Source of the DNA: Chiloscyllium plagiosum
Lineage: Eukaryota
Length of the DNA: 64,000 nucleotides
Reading direction: 5' to 3'
Assembly: GCF_004010195.1 (NCBI RefSeq)
Contig: NC_057726.1
Location: 30,426,071 to 30,490,070 of the forward strand
How positions within the stretch are numbered: the stretch's first letter is position 1; each line of letters starts with the position of its first letter. The notes below the pieces were generated by a model. That model did not search any database. It had not been told where the DNA came from and was given only the letters and a program-made list of their open reading frames with translations. The position numbers and the translations under genes were made by a program. Positions 1-11,100 of the stretch are shown in pieces.

Positions 1-1299
1 TCAGCAACTGATTAGTCCCTATGTCTTGCTCTGTTTCCAGCTCTGCTTTTTAAACTGTTTCTCCAAATAGGCAGCCAGGTTTTCATTTTCTCCCAGTGGA
101 TCCCCTCTCAAGGCCTGGGGGTCCAATTTGGGTGGATAACAGTCTCTTAAGGCCTGCCATCGATCAAACCCGACCCCATCAATCATTGGATTGTCTGCCG
201 CATTTTGCTAACAGGCTTTGACCATTATTTCCTTTAACTTTGGGAGCCCTACAAACCTCATCAGCAATGCTTTCAAGTCTCCTATAGCCAGCAATTGCTC
301 TGTGGTTTCATCTTCAAAAGCCCTGATCCACTTTCCCGCTCCCTCATGTAAACTGGGCAGCGCATTCTTCGGCCCTTCCAGATCCTAAGTTCCCCAAGGA
401 ATGTATTGTAGGTTTCTCCTCTCTTCTATAAGCAGTGGTAGCATCCTTCCCTGTTGGCCCTTTTTCCCTTTACCTGCGCTTCTTCTCAATAAATCCTCCT
501 CAGGCTCTGAATCCAGTGCTATTTTTAATTCCTCCCATCCTTTAGCTACTAGGGCCTTTTTCTTTCCTTGTCTCTCATCATCCCTTTCTGCTTGCTCTGC
601 GTCACTTTCACTGCTTTTCTCTTCAGCCCTCCTTTCATATCGCCATGAGTTTTCCTCAATTGCTTTTTGTTCCCTTTGCCCACGCAGCACACTAATCTCA
701 TGTTTCAACTTTTCTTGCTCTCCTTGTATGGCTTCTATTTGCTCCTGCCTTTCCCTTTTCTCTTTGTCTTCTTTCCCTCAGTTCATGTTTGTCTTCCGCA
801 CTTTCACCCCATTCTAACTGTCCCTCTATTTCTACTGTTCCCTTTATTACTGGACACTGCTTCAATGCCTCTTCATTCGAGTAGGGAGGAGGTCTATTCA
901 ACTCCTCCACATCTGGGTATAGAGGGAGGTCTGATTCCTGCTTTTCTGTTTCCCGTAACTGCTCAGCTTGTTCTTTTGCAGCTTTCCTAGTTGCAGCTTT
1001 CCTAGTCACCACAGGTGCCTGACAAGCTAACTTCAGTTCCTCACCCTCTTTCCTGAAAAGTTTCAATATTTCCATCTCCTGATCCCTCTTTTGGTTTCTA
1101 TAGATTTATCTTTTGGCTTACAGTTCTTAATTAGTCCTTCTATCTCATTGCACATATGCATATCAAAGGTACCTTCTTTTGGCCATTTAGTCAATAAATC
1201 CTTAGTTCTTTTTTCCCATTTCTCAGAAATGTTTACATTATCATTTCTTGCCACTGGAAAGTTCTTACTCAGTATCTCAACTGCAGTCCCTTTATCCAT
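1..1299 (-). pseudogene. gag: Retroviral gag, disrupted (two frameshifts, in-frame stops)
   Basis: Matrix-like WPKEGTFD (cf. MLV WPRDGTFN). Late-domain-like PLYPDV and PPPY. Capsid start MLPLLIEERRNLQYIPW (cf. MLV PLR...QYWPF). The frame continues past TAG at 385-387 as DLEGPKNALPSLHEGAGKWIRAFEDET. Confidence 0.85.
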
Positions 1300-2528
1300 C
1301 CTAACATATATTTCAGTCCAGCTAATGTATTATCGCTGCTCTCACAAGTCACTTCCTCAAACCATTCAAGTGCTTTGTCAACAATATAAGCAATCTCTAA
1401 GTTTATAACTTGCAATTGGTAAGGGACAATCTATCAATTCCTGAATGTCCTCAATTGCAGCTAGTTAATACAAACAAACTATTCTAATTCATTCAGCCTA
1501 AACCAATCTAGCACTGCACTTTCAAAATGCACCAATCATTAACGGCTTCTTGAAAAATGACTCTCTCAAACAAAAAACTATCTTAAATTCTTACAGTGCA
1601 AAATAAAATCAAAATCCCCCTCAATCTCAAGCTCAAGGGAAACAAAACACAAATATTTAACCAACAACAAACAATTATGCATACAAACCAGATCACAATG
1701 ATTAAACTATAAAATCTCCCTATCTCTCTCACACACACACACACACAAACAAACATTCTACAAACTAGAGCTGCTCACTTTCTCTCTCTCTCTGTCTCTG
1801 TCTCTCTCACATTCAGAGTCTTGCTGCAAACAGCCAAGAACTCAGCCATAAATCAATCTCTCTCTCTCAGCCAGAACCTTACTTAAACAGACCCTTTGTT
1901 CATTTCCAAAAGTCTAATTATCCCACAGGCCTTATCTAAAATATTTAACAGTCTAGTAGCACTTTAAGACTATGACTATTCTCTGCTATTTTACTTTTAA
2001 TCATCCACTGCCAATCTGCCGGCTTTCTAAGCACGTCTATCAGCGCTTTTAGTAAAACAATTTCCCCTTATTTATTCTGCCCTATCAATTCAGGCCCTCA
2101 TTTCCTGCGAGGTGATATCTGTAGGGTCTTAAATTCACCACAAGGAATTTTATTATCACCATGTGGAATTTTATTATCACCACATGGAATTTTTGTATCA
2201 CCACGTGGACTTTTACTCAGACAATTGTTATGTTCTATTCTTACTCACCCCTTACCCCACTGCACAGTTTTCTTGACTACTTCTCTACGTCTCCTTCAGC
2301 TGCAATTTACTCCTCGCCTTTGGATCTTGGATCAGAGAGACCCTTCAGCAGGTTCCCGCACCTCCGAGTCCCCAAGGACCATTCCAAGCCAACAGAATAT
2401 AGTCCGAATTCACAGCAAAAATGCTAACTTTTTTTTGGGTACCCTTATTCTGTCGGTCTCAGGAGTGATCCGGTGGACCAAGAAGCGCCCTGTTACTGCC
2501 GCCCTCTGTCTAGGTGAGTCTCTGCACG

Positions 2529-2546
2529 ACTCTGCTCGCAGCACCA
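2529..2546 (-). promoter_or_regulatory. Primer binding site, tRNA-Ser-like
   Basis: Minus strand TGGTGCTGCGAGCAGAGT lies 4 nt after the LTR end (...CCACGACA-AATT-TGG). It resembles the complement of vertebrate tRNA-Ser 3' ends (...CCTGCTCACAGCG-CCA). Confidence 0.7.
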
Positions 2547-2550
2547 AATT

Positions 2551-3523
2551 TGTCGTGGAGAAAATGTAGAAAGTCACCAGGTGACGCAGAGAGTTCTTCA
2601 AGAAGTAGGTCTTTTATTTGCAAACAAAAAACCGTGAGGCTGAGAAAGCAGATTCTTGAATGTCCCTGAATCTCGGTGTCCGTGGTTTTTAAAATTTTTT
2701 TATCATGTTTCTGTTGCTTATCAGCATGTCCAACTATATTAATCAAAGTACATCACTCTAGCTACACAATAAACAAGTGATTACATTAGATTAGATTCCC
2801 TCCAGTGTGGAAACAGGCCCTTTGGCCCAACAAGTCCATACCGACCCTCCAAAGAGCAACCCACCCAGACCCATTCCCCAACATTTACCCCTGAATAATG
2901 CTCCTAATACTACAGGCAGTTTAGCATGGCCAATTCACCTGACCTGCACATCTTTGGACCGTGGGAGGAAACTGGAACACCTGGAGGAAACCCACGCAGA
3001 CACAAGGAGAATGTGCAAACTCCACACAGACAGTCGCCCAAGGCTGGAATCGAACCTGGGTCCCTGGCGCTATGAGGCAGCAGTGCAATCGTTAGTTCCC
3101 ATTATCTCTTTCTACTTAATGTTATTCTAATATCACGGTTAGATATTTAGTGCTAACGTTTGCAACAATGGTCTTTCAACCCAGGTCCTCTTAATATTTT
3201 CCTAATGTCATGATTAGATATTTATTATCACCTCTGCTACAGTGATCTCCCATTCGAGACTAAACTGTCATGATTAGATATTTAGCTATTCCATCTATTA
3301 CAATAGTCTCCTGTTTCAAGCTGACTCTACGAACAATTAATTAGATATTTAATGTCATGTCCCAAATAGTTATGGTCCCAATCTTGTCATAATGACACTT
3401 AACAGAGAAACTATATCTACTAACTGTTATCTCATCTCACCATAGTGACCTTTTAGCCTCAACCTAACTCTGCTAATTGGTGTAAGAGCATTCCACTATT
3501 CTTATCCCATCCTGCCTTCCACA
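2551..3523 (-). repeat. ERV 5' LTR, interrupted by an HE1 SINE
   Basis: The + strand begins TGTCGTGGAG at 2551 and ends ...TTCCACA near 3523 (alternative end 3530). Minus-strand AATAAA at ~2613-2618. Repeated TTAGATATTTA motifs in the U3-equivalent region. Confidence 0.7.
2785..3086 (-). mobile_element. HE1-type V-SINE (5'-truncated) inserted in the LTR
   Basis: V-domain (GTGTGGAGTTTGCACATTCTCC...GGTTTCCTCC), tRNA-like head remnant, (AATCT)n tail. Confidence 0.9.
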
Positions 3524-3539
3524 GATCACAGATTGCCAG

Positions 3540-4652
3540 ATTGGTCTTCATGCTTTAATTCTTCCCATGCTTTCATGCTCTTTATTTTCCATCCTCCTAT
3601 TTCAAGGACTGCAATTTCCCCTCCCATGTGGTCAACAATGCCCTCCAGCACATCTCAACCACTTCCCACACTCTGCCCTTGAAACCCACCCTTCTCACCG
3701 CAACAAGGTTAGAAACCCCATCGTCCTCACCTTCCACCCCACCAACCTCTGGATACAACGCATCATTCGCCATCATTTCCATCACCTACAGTCAGACCCC
3801 ACCACAGGAGATATATTTCGCTCCCTGTCCCTTTCAGCATTCTTCAGAGACCATTCTCTCCATGACTTCCTTGTTAGGACCACACCCTCCACTCTTGGCA
3901 CCTTCCCTTGCAGCTGCAAGACATGTAAAACCTGTACCCACACCTCCATCCAAGGCCCCAAAGGATCCTTCCACATCCAGCAGAGATATTCCTGCACCTC
4001 CAAACACCTCATCTACTGTATCTGTTGCTCTCGATGTGGTCTCCTCTACATTGGGGAGACAGGAAGCCAACTAATGGAACATTTCAGAGATCACCGGTGG
4101 GACACATGTACCTACTAACCCCACCATCCCGTGGCCAAACACTTCAACTGCCCCTCCCGGTGCACCAAGGACATGCAAGTCCTGGGCCTCCTCCACTGCC
4201 AAATCCTAGCCACCCGATGCCTGGATGAAGAGCACCTAATCTTCCACCTTGGGACCCTCCAACCACATGGAATCAATGTTAGATTTCACCAGTTTCCTCA
4301 TCTACCCTCCCTCTACCTTATCCCAGCTCCAACCCTCCAACTTGGCACCACCCTCTTGAATTGTCCTACCTGCCCATCTTCCTTCCCACCTATCCACTCC
4401 ACCCTCCACTCCGACCTATCACCATCACCTCCCACCTTCATCTACCTATCACATTCCCAGCCACCTTGCTCCCAGCCCCATTCCTCTCCCATTTATCTGT
4501 CTGCCCCCTTGGCCACCTCCCACATTCCTGATGAAGGGCTTATGCTCAAAACATTGATTTTCCTGCTCCCCAGATGCTGCTTGACTGGCTGTGATTTTCC
4601 AGTGCCACACTTTTTGACTCTGATCTCCAGCATCTGCAGTCATCACTTTCTC
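3540..4652 (+). mobile_element. Penelope-like element (Neptune-type), 3' portion with GIY-YIG endonuclease and terminal repeat
   Basis: ORF 3567-4118: PIVLTFHP, Cys-rich CSCKTCKTC linker, LIYCICCSRCGLLYIGETG. Then VAKHFN and HLIFHLGTLQPHGIN. Degenerate hammerhead CTGATGAAGGGCTTATGCTCAAAAC at ~4528-4552. Confidence 0.9.
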
Positions 4653-4654
4653 CT

Positions 4655-5870
4655 TTTGTGGAGAGAAAACAGAGTTAACATTTCAAATCCAATTACACTT
4701 CTTCAGGACTAATGGTAGGCAGGAAAAAGTGGTAGATATTGCTGAAAACAGGACATGGGCTGGGGTAAATGATAGCTGGATAGATAGATTGAGCTTAGAG
4801 CAATAGAGAATAGCAGTTAGGCAGAGAAAGGAATGGATAATGGGGTGCTGGGGAAAAAGCAAAGCTGATAATAGTACCATTTGTAGATGAAAATAGGTTG
4901 TTGTGATAAATGCAGTCCATGTGAAGACAAGCCTAGGGTGTGGTTAAGGACATGGACGAAGGTGATCATGCTCAAAAGGTATTGACTCGCTATTGAAGAC
5001 TGCAGGGTCCCCAAGTGGAAAATGAGGTGGTATTCTTCCACCTTGTGCTGTGGCTCACTGGAGCACTGCAGCAAGCCTGAGACAGAGAAGTTGGCCAGGG
5101 AACAGAGTGGTGTGTTAAAGTGGCAGGCAATTGGAAGCTCAGGGTCATTTTTGCAGATAGAATGTAGATATTCTGCAAAGCTGTTGCCCAATCTGCGTTT
5201 TGTCTCCCCAGTGTAGAGGAATCCACATTGTCAACAGTGAATACAGTAGGCTAGTTTGAGTGAAGTGTACTTAAATTGCTGCTTCACCTGGAAAGTGTGT
5301 GGGACTATGAATAATGAAGAGGGAGGCAGTAAACAGGCCTTGTGAGACCTTCTGCGATTGTAAGGAAAAGTGGCCGTGAGGCAGTGGGGAGTGAAGGAGA
5401 AGTGGTCCTAAGGTGTCCTTGAGGGTACATTGCCCAAAGCTGACAAAGGATAGGATGGCAATACGTGTCTGGTGGTGGCAGAAATGGTGGCTAATGATCC
5501 TTTGAATGTGGATGTTCATGGAATAGTAAATGAAGACAAGAGGGATTCTATCAGCATTGTGGAGGAAAGAGAATGGGTGAGGGCAGAAATGTGGGAGATG
5601 GGTTGAAAATGGCTGAAGGTGCCATCCACAGTAGTGGGGTATCGTCTATTGAGAAGAAAGGTGAGATATCTCAGGCTACCTGTGGAAGGTGATATCATTG
5701 GAACAGATGTGGGAGAGACAGAGAAACTAGGAGAATAGAAAAGACGTTTAAAAGGAAGTAGGGTGTGAGGATGTGTAGGCCAAGTAACTGTGGCAGTAGG
5801 TGGGTTTGTAGTGGATACTGGGGACCAGCCTATCCCCTGAAATAGAAACAGAGATGCTGAGGAGGGGAAG
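4655..5870 (-). mobile_element. Older Neptune-type PLE fragment, tail-to-tail with the previous one
   Basis: PIACHFNTP...EEYHLIFHLGTLQS and IHYKPTYCHSYLAYTSSHP are PLE ORF motifs. Hammerhead remnant CTGAAGAAG...TTGAAATGTT at ~4676-4706. Confidence 0.85.
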
Positions 5871-5899
5871 AAAAGAGTCAAAAAAGGAATGTTCAAGAT

Positions 5900-7080
5900 T
5901 TGTTTGTTTGGTTATAAGGGGAGCTTCTTTATCTTCTCTTGTTGCTACTTGAAGTGAAGTTGGAAAGGTGTTTTTCATATAAATGTTTACAGTTTGATAA
6001 CCATCTGGAGCAGAGGAAATCACACCCTGTGCCTGGCTTCCTGTTTCAACAACCTGAAAATGCTATTCATCACATATTGTCATGTAATGAATATATTACA
6101 ACAACCTAGATTTATACAACACCTTTAGGATGATTGCACATCCCATGACTGTGCACAGAATGCCAAAGGGTCAGGGAATGCCAGGAGTTTGAAATGTGTC
6201 ACCATAAACAAATGAAAAAAACTCACCAAATTTGTAATTCATTGAGATCTGACATTTCTTCCCATTTGTAACAGGAGCATGCACTTGATCTGCACTTTCA
6301 CTGTTCCATTCAAAGCAGGAGGAAATGATGGAGCTTTAGTGTCATTTACTCCATTTGTTCTCATGAAATCTGAAAATTTTTCAGACAAAACTGAGGTCCA
6401 TTGTCAGACACAATATCCTTTGCGAACCCACGAGCTGCAACAAAAGTACAAAAAAATCTAGAAATTTAATAGTTGCTAGTTCCAATTCAATCGAAACCCT
6501 TTGACCCATTTTGAATGGCTGTCTATCACAACAAACAGCTGCTGTCCTTCAAAATCTCCAAAATCAATCTACAGCTTCTCGAGCCGGCCATTTCCACGTT
6601 TGCTACTGACTGCAGATCTATTCCAACAGAAGAAGAATTAATCTGCATAGAAGGTGATACCACATTATACTCCTGGAATTCTCAGATGTTTTCAACTGTC
6701 ACAACCAGGGCTTGAAGCAGAAATTTCTGGTTGGAAATAGTCACATCTTATTTGTGGAAAGGCTAACATTTGTCTCAATTTTGACTCCCCATTTCATTTA
6801 TTAACCTATGAATCTTGTCTAATATTCAGTTGCCATGCATTTCTGAAATCTGGGTGACAGCCTGTCTCAATTGGCAGTACTACCTCATTTCGGACTGAAT
6901 GTTGGATTATGAACATTCCTCCCTGGCCTCAACTGTAGCAGATGTAGCATTCTGAAGTTATGCTGCAGCCCTGAGAAAGGGATTTGTGGTTTCCATGGCC
7001 CATGTAATTTGCACTGGAGATGTTCAGTCCCACCATCTGACGACCTTTCTTGACCTTTCTGTTGCTTCATTGCTGTCAGG
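5900..7080 (-). mobile_element. Decayed Gypsy/Ty3 LTR retrotransposon integrase fragment
   Basis: Manual minus-strand translation gives IDFGDFEGQQLFVVIDSHSKW and GFAKDIVSDNGPQF...FSDFMRTNGV...PPALNG, matching the Gypsy integrase DDE core. Confidence 0.75.
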
Positions 7081-7352
7081 CCGCACATTACCCAATCTTG
7101 AATAAACTATAACTTCCTCCAGTAATTCATTGGATTGATGCAAATCATTGCCACCACCTTGTTCTTCATATGTCATACACTTGCTATCAATTTAATCACT
7201 CGCCCAACCACTATATCAGGTTGGAAGAGATTGTTCAAAATTATATTATCCACGCCAAGCTGATCTTTCTCAACCCGTATTGTCTTTCATTGCAGATTAG
7301 ACATTAACTCAATGCAATAAATTTGTGTTGAATTATATTGAGCATTGATTTA

Positions 7353-7450
7353 TTCTGAGGAAGGGTCACTGGACCCAAAACATTAATTCTGATTTCTCTT
7401 CACAGATGGTGCCAGACCTGCAGAGCTTTTCCAGCAGTTTGTGTTTTTGT
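7353..7450 (+). mobile_element. Isolated PLE terminal-repeat fragment with decayed hammerhead
   Basis: CTGAGGAAGGGTCACTGGACCCAAAAC...CACAGATGGTGCCAGACCTGC; a near-identical copy lies at 55801-55935. Confidence 0.75.
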
Positions 7451-8369
7451 GTGTGCAATATATTTGTACTTCCCCATTTTCCGGCTAACTTTAATTCCTT
7501 GGTCTGAGCTGACTTCCTCCTCGTTTCTTTTGTATCGTGGATCAGTGGAGCCTAGAACTGCGTTGCTCTTTTTCCTTATTTTAAGAAACCATTTTACGTA
7601 CATGTTAAAATCTCACCAGATGTAGCTATGAATTCCCTTTATATTTGTGATACTAAAGGATGGTGACTCATTTTACTCAATAATTGTACATTTCAAAGAT
7701 GTGCATCCCCACTATTTTATTAGTAGGTCATAAATGATCTGCGAGGGATCTGCCTATCATTGAGAAAAGACTGAAGTATTGTTCTATAAATATGTATATT
7801 CCCCCACCCACTTCACCTCTATTTTACCTATAAACCTCATCACTTTAGCAATCTGCAATGTAAAGGTTCCATTTTGTGGTTCCTGGGAACCCCCGTTAAA
7901 TTCAGCGAAAGTTTTTGATGTGGTGTAAGCTTTAGATGAGGAGTTCAACTAAAATTTCCATCCACATTGACGCTGGTCATTTCTGACAATTGAATATGAT
8001 TTCTATCAACATTGTTACTTAAAGATCGACAGCACAAAAATATTGGAAAAAATGTTATTTTACTTCTGCATTATACATGGATTCCAGTCATTGCTTTATT
8101 GACAGCTTAATGACAGTTACCCAGTAGTTTCAAAGTGGCTGGGTGTGAATTTCAAGGAGTTTCACAGAAGGTTTCTTTCCATGTAGCATGTTTTCTCACA
8201 CACTTGTATGGTGGTCACTTCATTACACATGTCACATCAGGGATATTACTTTCCAGAGGTTCACTTCACAGTGCCATATTTAAAGCCCAGCTACACACCA
8301 GCTCAAATGCTGCAAACCAGAAATTGCCCTTCACAATCGTACTGGGTAAGGATCCCAATAGGATTTGAC

Positions 8370-9650
8370 CAATTCCTACTCCCAATCAGGGTCCTGGAGA
8401 TGCTGGTCACCAGAGTGGTGGTGAGGAGAACTATTCTCTTTCCTCAGGACTGCAATAGAAGACCCTGGCATTGGGGACTCCTGGTATGAAAGTGCCACCT
8501 GGTGAGGACAGCGACCACTAATGTTGCGATGCTGAGATCATCATATCCAAGAAACCAGGTATGAATTATTGCATTGTGTTGATCTCCTATTACCATCTCT
8601 GTGAACACATTCTTAACATGCCCATCTATTCCCTGTCTTATCTTCTGCAGCGATAAGTGGCATCCACACAGTCTCCATACAAGAAACACCAGCCCCTCCT
8701 CCATGTTGAAGCTACACATTGCCTAGATGAAGCATTGGCCAGGCTTCCACCCCTCTCTCCACCCCCCCCTCCACCCTCCAGCCCCCAGCACAGCAGTTCA
8801 GATACTGACCCCCTCACCGGGTATTTTAGCTAGATTAAAATCAGGAGCATGTTCTGGTGAGTGTTATTATTAACATGACTTCATAGTTGGTCAAGGAAGA
8901 AACACTTTGTCACTCTTAGACCTGATAGCAACCTAACACCTATTCAATTCCAGATAGGAGAGGACCCTGTGCTGTCAACCATCAATTATCTCATGCAAAT
9001 ACTGGAGAAGCAAGTCAAGTTGTCAAAGAAACTTGGGAAACGTGATCAAACATTGGAGGAGTCCATCAGCGCCCTCTGTACTGTGCTGTCCACAGCGTGT
9101 GTATGTCTGGTTGTTTCCATGGATAGGCTGCTGGCTACTGGCCCGGTCCAGCTGAAGACTCACTGGCTTCCAGAGACTCCTTTGCTGTAGCCATTGGTGG
9201 TTACATTAATGGGATGGTGCTGGGGGCAAAGGACCTGACCCACACTGCAGGTAGTCCTCATTTACAGGGAATTCAGATGATTGGGTGGGGGGGAGGTGGG
9301 AGGGGAGTGTGCAGGCAGCAATCACCCAATCAGAGGCAGCGCTCCATACAGAACCCTCAGAGTATCTTCTCAGGATTCTCCAAAAGTGCCTGGCCCCTCC
9401 ATCTCCACTCTGCCTGTGACCCTCAATAGTGTGGAAGTTCGCCAAGGAGGATGAGCCTGAGTCTGATCAAGACCTTTTCAACATGTCTCAGCTCTCTAAC
9501 CACAAACACCCTTGGGGTGTCAACCATCCAGGCTCCAAGGCCAATAGCTTCCATTAGAAGACAGGTTACCTCCACCTCACTGCACACCACAGGACTGCAC
9601 TCAGATTGAGCTGGGGGACAAGGAAAGAGAAAATGGTCTGATGAGCCACT
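8370..9650 (+). pseudogene. Harbinger Myb/SANT-like DNA-binding protein gene remnant
   Basis: VLEMLVTRVVVRRTILFPQD..RRP followed by a frameshifted VRTAT.C segment, resembling the Harbinger Myb-like N-terminus. It converges on the transposase below. Downstream extent is uncertain. Confidence 0.55.
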
Positions 9651-9780
9651 TCATTGTACGTGAAATCTCACATTTGTAAACATTTTCTCACTTTATCCTT
9701 CCTTTGTGCCACATGATGTTAGAATCCTGCCTGGAATGCCACTCTTTCTCTGATGCCCAGCGTAATGTGAAACATTGGTG

Positions 9781-9890
9781 TGGATGTAGGTTTGCTTGCT
9801 GAGCTGGAAGGTTGAAAATAAACCTTTCAGCTCAGTATGCAAACCTACATCCAGAACCTCAACCTGAGCTACAAATCTTCTCGAAACTCG
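9781..9890. mobile_element. Short fold-back fragment of Poseidon-type PLE terminal repeat
   Basis: 33-bp inverted arms at 9781-9813 and 9821-9853. The sequence GAAAATAAACCTTTCAGCTCAG matches the PLE tail at 36131-36152. Confidence 0.65.
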
Positions 9891-10179
9891 AAACCTTGTT
9901 GTCTTTGAAAGTAGGAGCATCAGATCTTGTGAAACCTTCTGAAAGCTTATAACGTTATCTTTCATTGCACAACAAGAGAAGCAAAGAATTAAAAAGCTGC
10001 ATTTGCATTTTAGAATTAACAGGTAGTGCTTAAATTTCCTCTATCAACACATATACAATCAATAAACCATGACTTCACACAACCCCATTCCAATGGGAGC
10101 AGTTTCCATTAAATACTGTCTGGCCTATTGTGCTCTAACATGGTAAAACAGATATTTCTCCTGATCAATACCATTATCT

Positions 10180-11100
10180 TCCTCCTGAGAAGAATGTTGC
10201 CACTTCCACAGCTCCTCACTGTCCACCACATAACCTCTACTTGCTCCATCAGTTGAGATCACATCACACAAGAATTATGTAGCACACTCTGTCTTTTGAG
10301 TACTGCAGCAAGCCCCCAGAGCTGTGCAAGCATGAAAACCTCATGTTGAGAAAGTCTATGATTTGTCCCTTGATGACCCCAGTGGAAGAATGCCTTGCTT
10401 TGTATCTGCACTCGGCCTCAGTCTGGGGGGTAATGTGACTGAGTCATCATACACAGTTGGAGAGGGTGGTCCTTGTTTCCCAGCAGCCATTCTGGTGGGG
10501 TATGCACCTCTTGGCATGAAACAGAAACCTGAGAGTTCTCAAGGAGATAGGGATTATTGAAGCTTTAGGGGAGCTGGCGCAGACCTCTAAGATGTCGTAA
10601 GAAGGATTACATTGACTGAATAAAATCCTTTCCTATTAATGAAGTTAGTTGTGATACTCTGATTGCTATATGTGTACAGTCTATAACACCCTGAACCCAA
10701 ATGCTCCAACGGATGATACTGTCCTGTACCAGTGAATCGATAGGTGGCACTCTTCTGGAGGACGTTTCATCAAAAACTAAGGACTGTAGACCTTTCCTGT
10801 TGTACTTTCCTCACATACTAAGGGAACCCTGTGCTGAAACCTCTCCATTTGGATACTGTTCAGCGTCTGCTAGAGGTTGATGCTGGTCTTGAGTTTCCAC
10901 ATGCATGTGTTCCTCATTAGTTCCTGTGGCCACTAATATTTCCATGGCCACAGACAGGGTAACAGGTGCTATGCCTGGTTCTTTGGTGACTGATCCAATG
11001 AGCCAATGTGGGGAATATCAGAAACAATGTGAAAAGCCACAGCCACAATGCATACAAATTCCAGTCTACCATCATCCTCCGTAATTGGGACATGGAGACA
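10180..11100 (-). pseudogene. Harbinger/PIF (HARBI1-like) DDE transposase remnant
   Basis: Manual translation: VQGVIDCTHIAIR, FINRKGFYSVNV, and PQTEAECRYKARHSST...FLNMRFSCLHSSGGLLQYSKDRVCYII. These are diagnostic HARBI1-family motifs, with frameshifts. Confidence 0.9.

Larger units (their letters stand above)
1..3523 (-). mobile_element. Endogenous retrovirus (class I, gamma/epsilon-like), 5' part: 5' LTR, PBS, leader, gag; continues beyond the left edge
   Basis: On the minus strand the order is LTR (TG...CA), 4-nt spacer, TGG-starting PBS, ~1.25 kb leader, then gag-like reading frames. Confidence 0.85.

Noticed and set aside
401-1408. Plus-strand ORFs over gag
   Set aside because: Antisense shadows of the purine-rich gag strand.
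2161-2746. Small ORFs in the ERV leader and LTR as accessory genes
   Set aside because: They are antisense or span the LTR-PBS junction, with no recognisable motif.
7400-7603. Minus-strand 67-aa ORF as a host exon
   Set aside because: No recognisable homology; it runs into a PLE repeat.
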